Below are positions 52,290-64,000 of a DNA stretch of 64,000 nt, one piece after another; position 1 is the stretch's first letter, and each line of letters starts with the position of its first letter. The stretch spans positions 278,566,001-278,630,000 of the forward strand of contig OZ024741.1 of assembly GCA_964016885.1 (NCBI GenBank), in the 5' to 3' direction. Made by a program: the position numbers and the translations under genes. This DNA comes from Eledone cirrhosa. Its lineage: Eukaryota. A model generated the notes under the pieces. That model ran no database searches and had not been told where the DNA came from. It saw only the letters and a program-made list of their open reading frames with translations.

Positions 52290-53053
52290 AGGCACATGGC
52301 TTAGTGGTTAGAGCATTGGCCTTGCAACCGAAAGGTTGTGAGTTGAATTCTCAGATGAATTCTCAGACCACGGCAAAATACCACCCAGCCCACACTGTAA
52401 AGTGGGTGGGTAGGTGCCATGGATAAAAAGCACCCACCTCTCACAGTAAATGAGGTTGGTGTTAGGAAGGGCATCCAGCTGTAGAAATCAAATCAGAATC
52501 AGTTCCTATCCCACCCTTGCAAGCAGGGAAAAGCGGATGTAAAATGATGATGATGATGATATATGTATGTATATATATTTATGTATATATATATGTATAT
52601 ATATATGTATGTATATATGTATATATATATATGTATGTATATATATGTATCATCATCATCATCATCATTATCATCTCTTTGCGTCTGCTTTTCCCTGCTT
52701 GCAAGGGTGGGACGGGAACTGATTTTGGCTTGATTTCTACAGCTGGATGCCCTTCCTAACTCCAACCTCATTTACAGTGAGTGCTGGGTGCTTTTTTTTC
52801 TGTGGCGCCTCCACGTCCATTTTACAGTGTGGGCTGGGTGGTTTTTTGCCGTGGCACCTCCACGACCACTTTACAGTGGAATGATAGGGACCTCAGTCCT
52901 ATCATCTCATTTCTACAGCTGAGTAAACTGGAACAATGTGAAATAAAGTGTCTTGCTCAAGGAAACAACGCATCACCCGGACTGAGAATTGAACTCACAA
53001 CATTTTGATTGCAAGGCCAATGCTCTAACCACTAAGCCATGTGCCTCCATATG

Positions 53054-53098
<45 letters not shown>

Positions 53099-53159
53099 GT
53101 AGGTATGTATGTATGTATGTGTATGTATGTATATATGTATGTATGTATATATACATATG

Positions 53160-53220
<61 letters not shown>

Positions 53221-53635
53221 AGGCACATGGCTTAGTGGTTAGAGCATTGGCCTTGCAATCGAAAGGTTGTGAGTTCAATTCTCAGACCGGGTGATGTGTT
53301 GTTTCCTTGAGCAAGACACTTTATTTCACATTGCTCCAGTTTACTCAGCTGTAGAAATGAGATGATAGGGACTGGGGTCCATATCATTCCACTGCAAAGT
53401 GGTCGTGGAGGTGCCACGGCAAAAAAGCACCCAGCACTCACTGTAAATGAGGTTGGTGTTAGGAAGGGCATCCAGCTGTAGAAATCAAGCCAGAATCAGT
53501 TCCTGACCCACCCTTGCAAGCAGGGACAAACGGATGTAAAAATGATGATGATGATGATATATATATATATGCTCCCGTTTAAACCCATGCTAGCGTGGAA
53601 GATAGACGTTAAACGATGATGATGATGATGATGAT
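51398..53635. mobile_element. Cluster of about five CORE-like SINE copies in both orientations, separated by (TA)n
   Basis: Repeated ggaggcacatggcttagtggttagagc heads at about 51398, 51586, 52288 and 53219 (+), and an inverted copy at 52648-53049. Confidence 0.85.
52118..52172 (+). ncRNA. Hammerhead-like motif
   Basis: tattttat-CTGATGA-gagcgttttggtaacctt-GAAA-aatatata-TA-atagaata; 8-bp stem I; related truncated copies at about 27035-27100 and 42035-42480. Confidence 0.6.
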
Positions 53636-53657
53636 ATATATGTATGTTCTTTTTCAG

Positions 53658-53848
53658 ACTATAATAGCAATTACTAATTATATTTGTAACAATCTTGGTC
53701 AAGTCTATATAGAAAGTCCATCTGTCAGTTTACCAATGTTATACAATGATATGAGAAAGAACATTCCACTGATATTCATTCTGAGTTCTGGTTCAGATCC
53801 AATGGGAGCATTTCTCAAATTTGTCAAAGAAAAAGATTACCTGAATCG
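53658..53848 (+). CDS. DNAH6: Dynein heavy chain exon (start of AAA6)
   Basis: tttttcAG/GTTTGT; PLIFILSSGSDPMGAFLKF. Confidence 0.94.
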
Positions 53849-53989
53849 GTTTGTGAAGAAATCAGTTTTTATTTTCTTTCTTTATTTCAGTTTCGTTAAT
53901 AATATTACAGAACAATTATGCAAACAACAATGGGAAACGCAGTGGCTTTTAATTTTATTTTAATTGATCAATTGAATATATGCATGCAA

Positions 53990-54320
53990 GGTCCTGTAAC
54001 TCCTGGTGGAGTTGTAGGGGTGCCATAGTGGCATATGGCGTTTCTTGGTCATTTTAAGCCTGGTGGAGCACTTCCCTCTCCAGGTCTGAACGCAGCAGAT
54101 TTCTTCCAGAGAAGGATAGAGTGAGAGAGAATGGGGGAATGGAAGTGAGAAAGAGATATAGAGTTAGAATCAGCTCCAGTACTAAACTGCTACCTTTTTT
54201 ATCGACCTCGAATGGATGAAAGGCAAAGTTGACCTCAGCTGGATTTGAACTCAGTGAGCAGAGAGCTGGAATGAATACTGCAAAGCATTCTATCTGACAT
54301 TCTATCAACTTTGCCAATGT
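53990..54320 (-). mobile_element. Nin-like SINE with an alternative 3' tail; other copies at 23985-24200, 35255-35445, 36983-37310 and 56968-57310
   Basis: Shared ccaggtctgaa..cagcagatttcttccagagaagga block joined to the Nin-like core. Confidence 0.7.
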
Positions 54321-54802
54321 GTCATATTACCTGAGTATTTAGCATCCTATGTTTTACAATGTGCGTTGCCTTCTCCCAGTTATTCAGCACATTCTTTGAA
54401 ATAAAACAATTTCAACTTAGTTTGGCAAGCTGATAAACGTAGCTTTTGACACTTTGTATTCTGCCACAGTAAGAAAATTACTAAGCCTGCATAGATAGAG
54501 ATAAGTGAATATAAAAACAAAAATTAAAACATTTTAATTTGTTAGACCAGTAGGAGACAAAATAATTATAAAAAGAGATAAAGAAATATGGAAAGCAAGG
54601 GAAGCTGTAAAGCAGCAAGAAGGTTCTGTAATTAGATAATTAAAAAATGTAATTTCCAACATAATATACTTAATGAGCAATTAATTACATACAAAAATGT
54701 TACTGTACAGTGTCAAATATTTTATTAGATACGTTAATATTCCGATTGTAAGTTATATATTGGTATTTTAATTTTATAATTGCCTGTTTTTTTTTTTTAC
54801 AG

Positions 54803-54896
54803 AATACAAGCAATATCTCTAGGACAAGGCCAAGGCCCAATTGCAGAAGAAATGATTAAAGATGCTGTACAGATGGGGAACTGGATATTTTTGCAG
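54803..54896 (+). CDS. DNAH6: Dynein heavy chain exon (AAA6)
   Basis: poly-T acAG/GTAAAT; IQAISLGQGQGPIAEEMIKDAVQMGNWIFLQ. Confidence 0.95.
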
Positions 54897-55775
54897 GTAA
54901 ATAAGTACCAAGGTACAACTAAATTTATTATGTACTTCATCAAATTTTGGTGGCATCATGCTTAAATTAAATGGCATTAATGATAACTATATGCAGGAAG
55001 CAAACATGGATGTATGGTTAAGAAGTTCAGTTTAGTATATTGGTAGAGCAATATGTCCATTGTTAGAATGCTGGAAAGAATAGATGGACAGGTTTTACGA
55101 GCAAAACCAACCAGCAGGAGACCCAGAGGTTGACTCGATGGTTGGATAACATCCATGGGCTTGGCTGGTCCTGCTTGGGGGTCCTGCTGGATCAACTGGA
55201 GACATTTGCTTCTGACAGGACCTGCTGGAAGGATGTTTGAGGACTCTGCACCCATGAACCTCCTGGGAATAAGTGGGCAAAGAAGGAGGAGGAGGAGGAG
55301 AGAAGAAGAAGAGAATGAATGAATCAGATATTTTTTGAAGATTTGAAATAGGCTTTTGACATTTGGGGTACTCCTGATTTGATGGATGAAAAAACACCAG
55401 ACATATCAATGGTACCTGGCACAAAAAAGATTTGGTCAGTCAATGCCTAGTATTTTGTTATTTTCCATTCTTCTACATCACTAGTGGCAGGGCCTCTGCT
55501 TATACCTGAAGCGATGAAGTTGGAACTGAAGAAATTGTTTCGGTTTCATTGCTGATTATTTTGGGGAAAATCTTGACTATCATAACATATATTTACTCAT
55601 TTACAAATGTCTTAAGCTTCATAGCTTCATTCCAATTTAGAAAAACCAACAAGGAACCACTGCAGTGTGTTTGTGTTCTATATTTCAAGGCTCTATTAGA
55701 CAGACAGAAGATTCTACTTCCAAAATATATCTTTTTTTCTTACATTAAAATGATGTATTAACTATATAATAAGTA

Positions 55776-56098
55776 CAGTGGAACCCCAGTTCACAAACGC
55801 CTCTCATCATGAACAAATCGGTTCACAAACATCTTGGTTCATGAATGGTGTCTTGAGTAAAAAACACGCTAACCAGCAACAACAGTTGGCAACAAGCTAG
55901 AGTATTGGTGGGAAAGTATCACTTGCTATATAGTTAGTTACTATGGTGATATCTGTCTGTCTTTCACACACAGTCTCTCTCTCTCATTGTATTCCTATCT
56001 CAACATTTTGTATGGGGAAAATAGTTTCAGTTTATGAACATTTCAGATGATGAACAGTTTTCAGGAATGAATTAAGTTTGTGAACCAAGGTTCCACTA
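55776..56098. mobile_element. Tigger/pogo-like MITE
   Basis: ta-CAGTGGAACC...GTTCACAAAC / GTTTGTGAAC...GGTTCCACT. Confidence 0.7.
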
Positions 56099-56639
56099 AA
56101 CCAGTTACATACAGGGATTGATTAAATCAACTATTCTTTTCCTTACCAACATGCACACAACCACATACACATACACACACACTCACATACACACGCACAC
56201 ACATGTACACACACACATACACACGAATATACAAATATTGTGGTCTGGTGTTGTTAGAAATCATTTTATCCAAAATTGTTAAAATTTAGACCTAATGTAC
56301 TTAAAGATATTGGCAGATGAAAACGTTTATAATGATTTTCAATTTAGGCACAAGACCAGCAATTTTAAAGGGAAGGGCAAGTCAATTATAAATTATATCA
56401 ACCCCAGTGCCTTACTGGTACTTTATTTTATCAACCTAATAAGGATGAAAGGCAAATTTAACGATGGAAGGATTTCATCTCAGAATGTAGAGCACTGTAA
56501 TTAAATGCAACAAATGATTTTATTGAACACTACCGATTCTGTCAATCTGTGGTTTATAATTAAAATGAATTATATACTTAATGCTGGATTTATTCTTTTT
56601 CTTTTACCATTTCTGTTTTGTTGTGTTATCTATTTGAAG

Positions 56640-56880
56640 AACTGTCACTTAGCAGCCTCGTGGATGCCAGCTATGGAAAATATTATCAGGAATTTGGTAG
56701 ACAACGCAGATGAAATTCATGCCGATTTTCGCTTGTTCTTAAGTTCCATGCCAGCAAAACATTTCCCTATCAGTGTTCTCCAGAACAGCATAAAAGTAAC
56801 TAACGAACCTCCCAAAGGCCTCAAAGCAAATCTAAAAAGAACATTTAACAGCATCCCTTCCTCCTATTTTGAAGATCATA
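56640..56880 (+). CDS. DNAH6: Dynein heavy chain exon (AAA6)
   Basis: AG/GTAAG; NCHLAASWM...DFRLFLSSMP...VLQNSIKVTNEPPKGLKANL. Confidence 0.95.
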
Positions 56881-58375
56881 GTAAGGAAAATATTTTTTTT
56901 ATTTCTCACACAATCTGCTACTGATATTTAATTGATATATTACTGTTGTTGTTAAGTATTTATGTATGGACCTGTTACTGGTGGTGGAGTCATAGTGACA
57001 CTGTTGTGACATATAGTGTTTCTTAGGCATTCTAAACCTGGTGGAACCCAGATCCCTCTGCAAGTCTGAAAACTGCCAATTTCTTCCAGAGAAGGAAAGA
57101 GAGTGATAGAGAAGAAGTAAGAAAGAGATATAGAGAAAGAATCGACCCCAAGACTTGACTGGTACATTTTTATATCAACCTCAAAAGGATAAAGTTGACT
57201 TTGGCAAGTTGCAGGTTTTGAACTCAGAGATCCACTGAGAGTGCAGAGAGTCACAGAGAACTCAGAGAGCCACAAAGCACTCCACATAATATTCAAATGA
57301 CTCTGCTGACTCCCTACTCTATTGTTGTTATACTTGTTTTCAATTAGAGCATTCTAAAATATGGTGTTGCTGTTGTTGCTATTATTGCTGTTTAACTTCA
57401 GGTTAGATTTGATTGGGTAGACCTATGATCAATAGTACTCCAATCTTTTGCCAGACACATATCCAGTAATATGTCCTATATTTTTGACAGTAGGGTTTGA
57501 TTTGAAGGAGAGTTGGTTGTTATTTCTAATAATCTGAGTGACCACATAGTAGTTTTTTGTTGACTCATCAAAAAGTATGTTGTGTTTAATCTCAACCAGT
57601 TCAGATTGATTAAAGTTACTCCGGCAGTGACCATTTCATCTGTTTTCTACACAGTATAACCAGGAGTACATTATCCAATATGTTTTTGCTTTAAAGGTGT
57701 TTGGTTGCAATTTGAGGGAGATTCAACTGCTATTTCTTGCAATTTGATTGACTCCAGAGATGAATCTTTGTTAGGTCATCACAAAATGCCTCATAGCATT
57801 AATTCTTTGAAGCTGTGTTTTTAATGATGACAAATGCCAGATTAATCACTTTCATAATTATTTCATTACTTCACACCTTGTAACTTGACAGGAATTCATA
57901 GCACTTGGTTGATATTAGGATATGGGAAAGATTTCCCAAATGGTTACTTGTGTCAGTTCTAATGAAGCTTCTTATTGATGCTTAACTATTAAACTGACTG
58001 TTGCTAATCCTACTGGAACTGGTTTCATGTTGTAGCTTCAACAAATACTTTTTAAGGCTTACACTCACACTCTCACACACACACATATATATATATCATG
58101 GGCACATATGTACATGTACTCACAGGTACATATATATGTCTACTCACAGATATGTATATATATATACACTCATAGGTACATACATATATGTATTCACAGA
58201 GACACTATGCTTACTTAGTCTTCTCCATCCTGTGTATTAGAAGCATGAGGTAGACAGACCCTTAAGTTTCATTCCTGGTTGTGGTGTGTGGAACAAATAT
58301 ACTTAAGTCTTCTTTGTTGCTAAACATGTATTATAATTAGAAAAAATATTAATAATATCACTATTATTATTTCAG

Positions 58376-58476
58376 TTTTAGGAAATGACTGGTGCAAATT
58401 GATATTTGGAATATGCTTCTTCCATGCTATTGTACAAGAAAGAAAGAAATTTGGACCTCTTGGGTGGAACATTAAG
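58376..58476 (+). CDS. DNAH6: Dynein heavy chain exon (AAA6 lid)
   Basis: tttcAG/GTGTG; [24 protein letters not shown]. Confidence 0.95.
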
Positions 58477-59030
58477 GTGTGTTTTTTAAAAAAGATATTT
58501 AGTTTATTTAATTTTATTCCTGTATGTATCAGTTCTACAATAGGTATACTATATCTCCACATGCCTCAAAATTGGCTTCATGATGAGTAAGCTTGGCGTA
58601 GGACCCTTTAGTATTTAAACCAGCCGTATCCGACCAGAATTCTCTTACTTCTTTCTGTTCAAACCGGCCATAACTAGCCACTCATACTGATGATAAGGTA
58701 TTGTTCTCAAAATAAATAATATCAATATCTCATAGATTCAATATTATGTGAGAAAATTATGTTAGAAATTATTTTAGAAATTTGAAATCAGGAAAATAGA
58801 AAAAATAAATTTCAAATTACCTCTGTAAGAATAAATTAACTTTGAGTATTTGAATATCTATGATAATTATATCCTTATATATATATGTTAGACAGATAGA
58901 GATAACTATTTCAATGGATAGAGATGGTATGAGAGGGAGAGAGAGAGAGAATTTAGCAGAGGGAAAATGAAAGGCGGAAGAAAGAGATGGCTATTTACTT
59001 ACAGTATGATACATGATTGGAGGAAGAGGC

Positions 59031-59113
<83 letters not shown>

Positions 59114-59319
59114 AGGATGTTAGTCAGAGGGAAAGTGCTAACAATAAAAGGGAACACTTAACTGCAGACACACAGACACATACACATATGTGATATAGTG
59201 AGAACTGCATGATGGAATTATTGGAAGGGTTATTGGTTCTGGAGGTGGCAGTTGTAATGGTAGTTGTTGGTACTGTGTTTGTGTGTGTTTGTGTGTGTGT
59301 GAGTATGAACATAGTTTAA

Positions 59320-59540
59320 CCCTTTAGCATTTACATTACTCTATATATACGATTGTATTTTCACGGTAAAGGCTTTACTTAACCTAAATATCATACATAA
59401 TATCAAATCAAGAATATTTTGAAATTATTTATTTTGAGAGCAGCACCTTGATATCAGTATGAGTGGCCAGTTACAGCCGGTTTGAACAGAAAGAGGTCAG
59501 AGAATTCTGGCAGGATACAGTTGATTTAAATACTAGAGGG
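59320..59540. mobile_element. piggyBac-like MITE; inverted partial copy at 58604-58750
   Basis: TTAA-CCCTTTAG...CTAGAGGG-TTAA. Confidence 0.7.
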
Positions 59541-59925
59541 TTAATTAAGTCTTCATTATTGTCTCTATGATGCAAATGAAGTACCAGTAATGCACTGGTA
59601 ATTTGCTGGCCTTGTGCCTAAAGTAGAAACAATTATTGTCTCTATGATGCAAATGAAAGTTAACATGTAATTCTGTACTATTAAATAAAATTATGATGTA
59701 ATATTTGCAATTGAGAAAAATGAAAAAATATATTCCAATATCTTCTATTAGCAAATTATTTACTTTAAAGTGCACCAGGAGTTGTTTTGGGGCTGTGTAA
59801 TTTCCATGGGTCCAGCTAGTAGTCCTACATTAATAAGGCAGACAGCTAGAAACTAAATGTTTGTTTGCAAAGTTACTAAGAAAATATGACAATAATGTTG
59901 ATATAATAATCCAGTACTAGATTTA

Positions 59926-60232
59926 CATCATCATCATCATCACCGCCACCACCCAACACCATCACCAACACCACCACCACCACCACTACCATCATCACCA
60001 CTACTACCACCAACACCACCACAACCACCACCACTACCACCACCAATACCACCACCACCACAACCACCAACACCACCACCACCACAACCACCAACACCAC
60101 CACCACCAATACCACCACCACAACCACCAACACCACCACTACTACCACCATCACCACTACAACCATCACCACTACAACCATCACCACTACCACCACTACC
60201 ACCATCATCACCACCACCACTATCATCATCAT
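59926..60232. repeat. (CAC/CAA/CTA)n degenerate trinucleotide repeat
   Basis: Directly visible. Confidence 0.9.
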
Positions 60233-60799
60233 TTAACATCTCTTCTCTCTGCCAACTAGTAAGTGGTGCTGGACGTGTCATCACAAATCAGTTAGTACTT
60301 AAGCAGAGTCACTGAGCTCCAAGTGAACCAGGAGCCTTACATATGAACCTGTGCTCTGCTGGGTGCATTTTATCATGGCACCAACACTAAGGAAGTTGTC
60401 ATCTCTCTAACTGACACAGCTGTAGACTTGTCCCAATCTTTTGTGTGGCAGGTTTTCTATGGCTGATTGTCTTTCCTATCACCAACCACTTTACAAAGTT
60501 TACAGGATGTGTTTATCATGATATCACCAACACTTGGGAGGTTGTTATCTCTATGTTACTACGGAAGAGTACTCTTCACCCTTTGAGTGGCAGGTTTTCT
60601 AAGGTTGGATGTCCTCCCTATCACCAACCACTTTACACAGTGAACTGGGTGTGTTTATCATGTATATCCCCAACATTCAGGTGGTTGTTATGTCTATGGT
60701 ACAACTGCTTGCTTGTTGATGGTTAAATTTGAAAAAACTAAAATTACTTCCATGTTACATATATTGAAATTTGATACTATCTAAATGTTATTGTTTCAG

Positions 60800-60901
60800 T
60801 ATGATTTTGCTGAGAGTGATAGAGAATGTGCCTTAATGAATTTTCAAATGTTCTGCATTCGACATATCCCATGGGAGACACTTTCATACATCACCGGAGA
60901 G
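60800..60901 (+). CDS. DNAH6: Dynein heavy chain exon
   Basis: gtttcAG/GTAAG; YDFAESDRECALMNFQMFCIRHIPWETLSYITGE. Confidence 0.93.
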
Positions 60902-61489
60902 GTAAGAAAGGTTTGGTGAATGAGTGAGTAAATATCTTTCATTATTGGAGAGGTAAGAAGTTTTTGGTGAACAAACGTATATCTTTCATTACAGGAGAGG
61001 TGAAAGATTTTTGGTGAATGAATTTACAGAGTGGAAATCTTTTTAGTTTAAATCAAACTGAAAATAATAAATAAACAGAAAACTTTGGAGAATATTATAT
61101 AAAAATTTATATACAAATATTAAATAATTAAATGATTAGATAATTTTCTGTAATACATTGATTCTGTTGGAAGTTTGAGGGATTAAATGTGAAGTCGGAT
61201 GCAATGATAGAAGTAAAAGCAATTTCCATGTATATTTGTGTGGTTGTGTGCATGCACACACACACATACACACACACTTCTGGAGATAAATTGTTCTTAT
61301 TGAAATATTGAATCTAATTAATACAAATTGCTGTATTATAAATGCTGATTAATATGATTGCGTGACAATTTAATCAGCAGATTTCATGTCGATTATTGAT
61401 TTGGGTTGCTTAAAGATGTGATGCATAGGAAATTCTTATTTATAAAGAGCCAATAAAATTACTCTGTGTAGAGATAGATGTGAACACCC

Positions 61490-61722
61490 ATAGATATACG
61501 AGAAAATATAGACACATATAGATATATGAGAAAAAGTATAAACATACATAGATATATGAGAAAAACATAGTCACACAAAGCTATATGAGTAAAAATATAG
61601 ACACACATAGAAATATGAGGAAAAATATAGTCACACACAAACATATGAGAAAAAATAGAGATACATATAAACACAGATATGAGAAAAACATAGACACACA
61701 CAGACATATGAGAAAAAATATG
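61490..61722. repeat. Degenerate minisatellite of about 30 bp ending next to a splice acceptor
   Basis: atatgagaaaaatatagacacacataga-like units. Confidence 0.8.
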
Positions 61723-61747
61723 TTGAATATATATTCTTTTTTTTCAG

Positions 61748-61862
61748 ATTACCTATGGAGGTCGTATAACTGATAACTGGGACCAGAGATGTTTGCGGAC
61801 AATACTGAAAACTTTTCTTGACCCCAAAATACTTGATGAGGATTACTCCTATTCCCCATCAC
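61748..61862 (+). CDS. DNAH6: Dynein heavy chain exon; gene continues past the window
   Basis: ttttcAG/GTCAGT; [23 protein letters not shown]. Confidence 0.94.
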
Positions 61863-62174
61863 GTCAGTTTTATTTTCCTTATTTAATACATTATATTCAG
61901 TTCAACTGATTCTGAAGTGAATACTGAGCAAAGTATTTAGTGATAAGTAGAAAAGAGTATATTATAGTAGTAACAACAGCTTAGTTGTTAGAGAATTGAA
62001 TCTGCTATTGTGAGGTTGTGGGTTCAGTTCTTCGACTGGGTGATGTGATTTTATGTTTCTCTTTCTGCCGGGAGTTATGACTGGTAGATAGTATCAGCAA
62101 TAGAAAGAACAATGGAAATATTGTTTCCTTGGTCCAAGTGAGGTCAGGGACCTTGTCAATTGATTCGAACGATC

Positions 62175-63645
62175 AAATAATTGTTTCTACTTTAAGCACA
62201 AGGCCAGCAATGTTGGGAGAAAGGAAAATCAATTAAATAGACCCCAGTGCATTACTGGTACTTTATTTTATCGATCCCCGTAAGGATGAAAGGCAAAACT
62301 AACCTCAACGGGATTTGAACTCAGAACATAAAGGGCCGATCAAATAATGGTGGTTTGCTGAATACTTTATCTATGTTTTCTAAGTTGGGTATCTTATGGT
62401 TGTGAGTTCACTGATGATATTGCTCTCTATAATTTTCTAGTTGCGAAGATAATGATTTTTATTTCAGACATAAGGCCGGCAAATTGTGGGGAAGAAAAAG
62501 TCAGTTATATTGACCTGGTGTTTGATTGATACTTTATGCTATTGATTCCATAAAGATAAAAGACAAAGTTGACCTCGGTGGGATTTGAACTCACAATGTA
62601 AAGGGACATAACTAAATGCCACAACGTGTATTGTCCATTGCTCTAATGATTTTGTCAATCCACTGCCCCATATACTTCATAAAATAATGGTTTCTGATTT
62701 AGGCACAAGGCCAACAATTTTTGGGGAGGAGAAAGTCGATTAAATCAACCCCAGTGCATTACTGGTACTTTATTTTATTGACCCCGTAAGGATGAAGGGC
62801 AAAGCTAACCTCGGCGGGATTTGAACTCAGAACATAAAGGGATGTAACTAAATGACACAAAACATGTCTGATGCTCTATTAATACTGCCAATACTACTTG
62901 AACATGGATTGGCGTTCACTCGGGGTGGGTTGAACCGACTCCAACGAAGGAATTCACGGTGTAAGTTCATTTCAATGGAGTTTCTTTGGGCTATTGGTTT
63001 CACAAGTGGTGCCCAGCTGCAAGTATATGCACTTTAGGATAATGCAATCCAAGCATTGCATCCATTATAGCACTGAGCTCTCGCTTTCACACCCAACCCA
63101 ATTTGGTGGAACCAGTGCATGTTGGGGATGCATAGGAGGGCGTTTTGTCAGCAGAGGTGATAAACACAACCTATTTGAACCATTTTGTAGGCCAGCAGGA
63201 GCTCACCCCCCTGCCCAGCTCAGACATACCAACACTTGACATCACCCCTTATAGTTAATAAAATAATTGTTTCTACTTTTGGCGCAAGGCCAGCAATTAT
63301 CCCTGTGCATTACTGGTACTTTATTTTATCGACCCTGTAAGGATGAAAGGCAAAGTTAACCTTGGTGGGATTTGAACTCAGATCATAAAGGGCGGTGACA
63401 ATATGCTTGAAAGCATGGTGTCCGACCCTCTACCGATACTGCCAATCCGATTCCAGTTTAGGCACAAGGTCAACAAATTTGGGGGAGAAGAAAGGTTGAA
63501 CCATTACGTGACTGTTACTTTATCAGCATTGGAAGAATGAAAGGCAAAGTTAACCCCGGCAGGATTTGAACTTAGAACATAAAGAACCAGAAGAAATATT
63601 ACAAAGCATTTTTTTCTTTGGTTCTACTGATTCCACCAATCCATC
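62175..63645 (-). mobile_element. Cluster of about five Deu/Nin-like SINEs around a GC-richer unknown repeat (62905-63250)
   Basis: Repeated ggatgaaaggcaaagttaacc..ggatttgaactcaga. Confidence 0.75.
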
Positions 63646-63869
63646 ACCTTTACACTCTATAAAATAATAATCATGAAATCTACCAGAAGAAGAAACTGAT
63701 ATGTGAAATGAGATGCCACAGAACTATATCATGGGTATCTCCTACATGGGACACATGAGCAGCAAAAGAATACACATAGCAATCAGACAACATGTGGGAA
63801 ACTATGAAGACCTGCTAACTGCTATAAAAAAAAAAGAAATATGAGATTGGTTCATAAAACCCCCAATAG

Positions 63870-64000
63870 CTATCGATTAGATTCAACTGCCAGTGTCATT
63901 CCTCTGTTCAAAAAGGGTGACTGCACATCACCTGTGAACTATCGTCCAGTCAGTCTTACTAGCTGCACTGCCAAACTGATGGAATCCTGTGTCAGAGAAA
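63870..64000 (+). mobile_element. Start of a CR1-like LINE RT fragment
   Basis: PLFKKGDCTSPVNYRPVSLTSCTAKLMES; same family as 7870-9395. Confidence 0.75.

Noticed and set aside
53219-53295. tRNA-like A/B box sequences as tRNA genes
   Set aside because: They are SINE heads that continue into core and tail; no complete cloverleaf.
62905-63250. Possible LINE 5' UTR with an HDV-like ribozyme (also 41280-41465)
   Set aside because: The nested double pseudoknot could not be established by eye; needs an Infernal/RNArobo search.

Overview
AT-rich, repeat-dense eukaryotic DNA. The SINE/LINE repertoire and microsatellite load suggest a coleoid cephalopod such as Octopus (inference). The window lies inside one + strand axonemal dynein heavy chain gene, DNAH6-like. 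Sixteen GT-AG exons splice in consistent phase and encode the stalk CC2, AAA5 and AAA6 regions; there is also one candidate 30-nt micro-exon. Introns hold RTE, CR1-like and Dong/R4-type LINE fragments, two tRNA-derived SINE superfamilies (CORE-like and Deu/Nin-like), Tc1/mariner, pogo and piggyBac-type DNA element remnants, and mini- and microsatellites. The most unusual signal is a set of minimal type-I hammerhead ribozyme motifs (CUGANGA...GAAA...UH, often with palindromic stem III) from several unrelated sequence families. They sit in short ORF-less modules between (TA)n tracts, and several are locked inside long near-perfect inverted repeats (2726-3172, 3222-3565, 43221-44012). This resembles Penelope-like element pseudo-LTR or retrozyme-like relics. 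Repeat boundaries were read by eye and are approximate.
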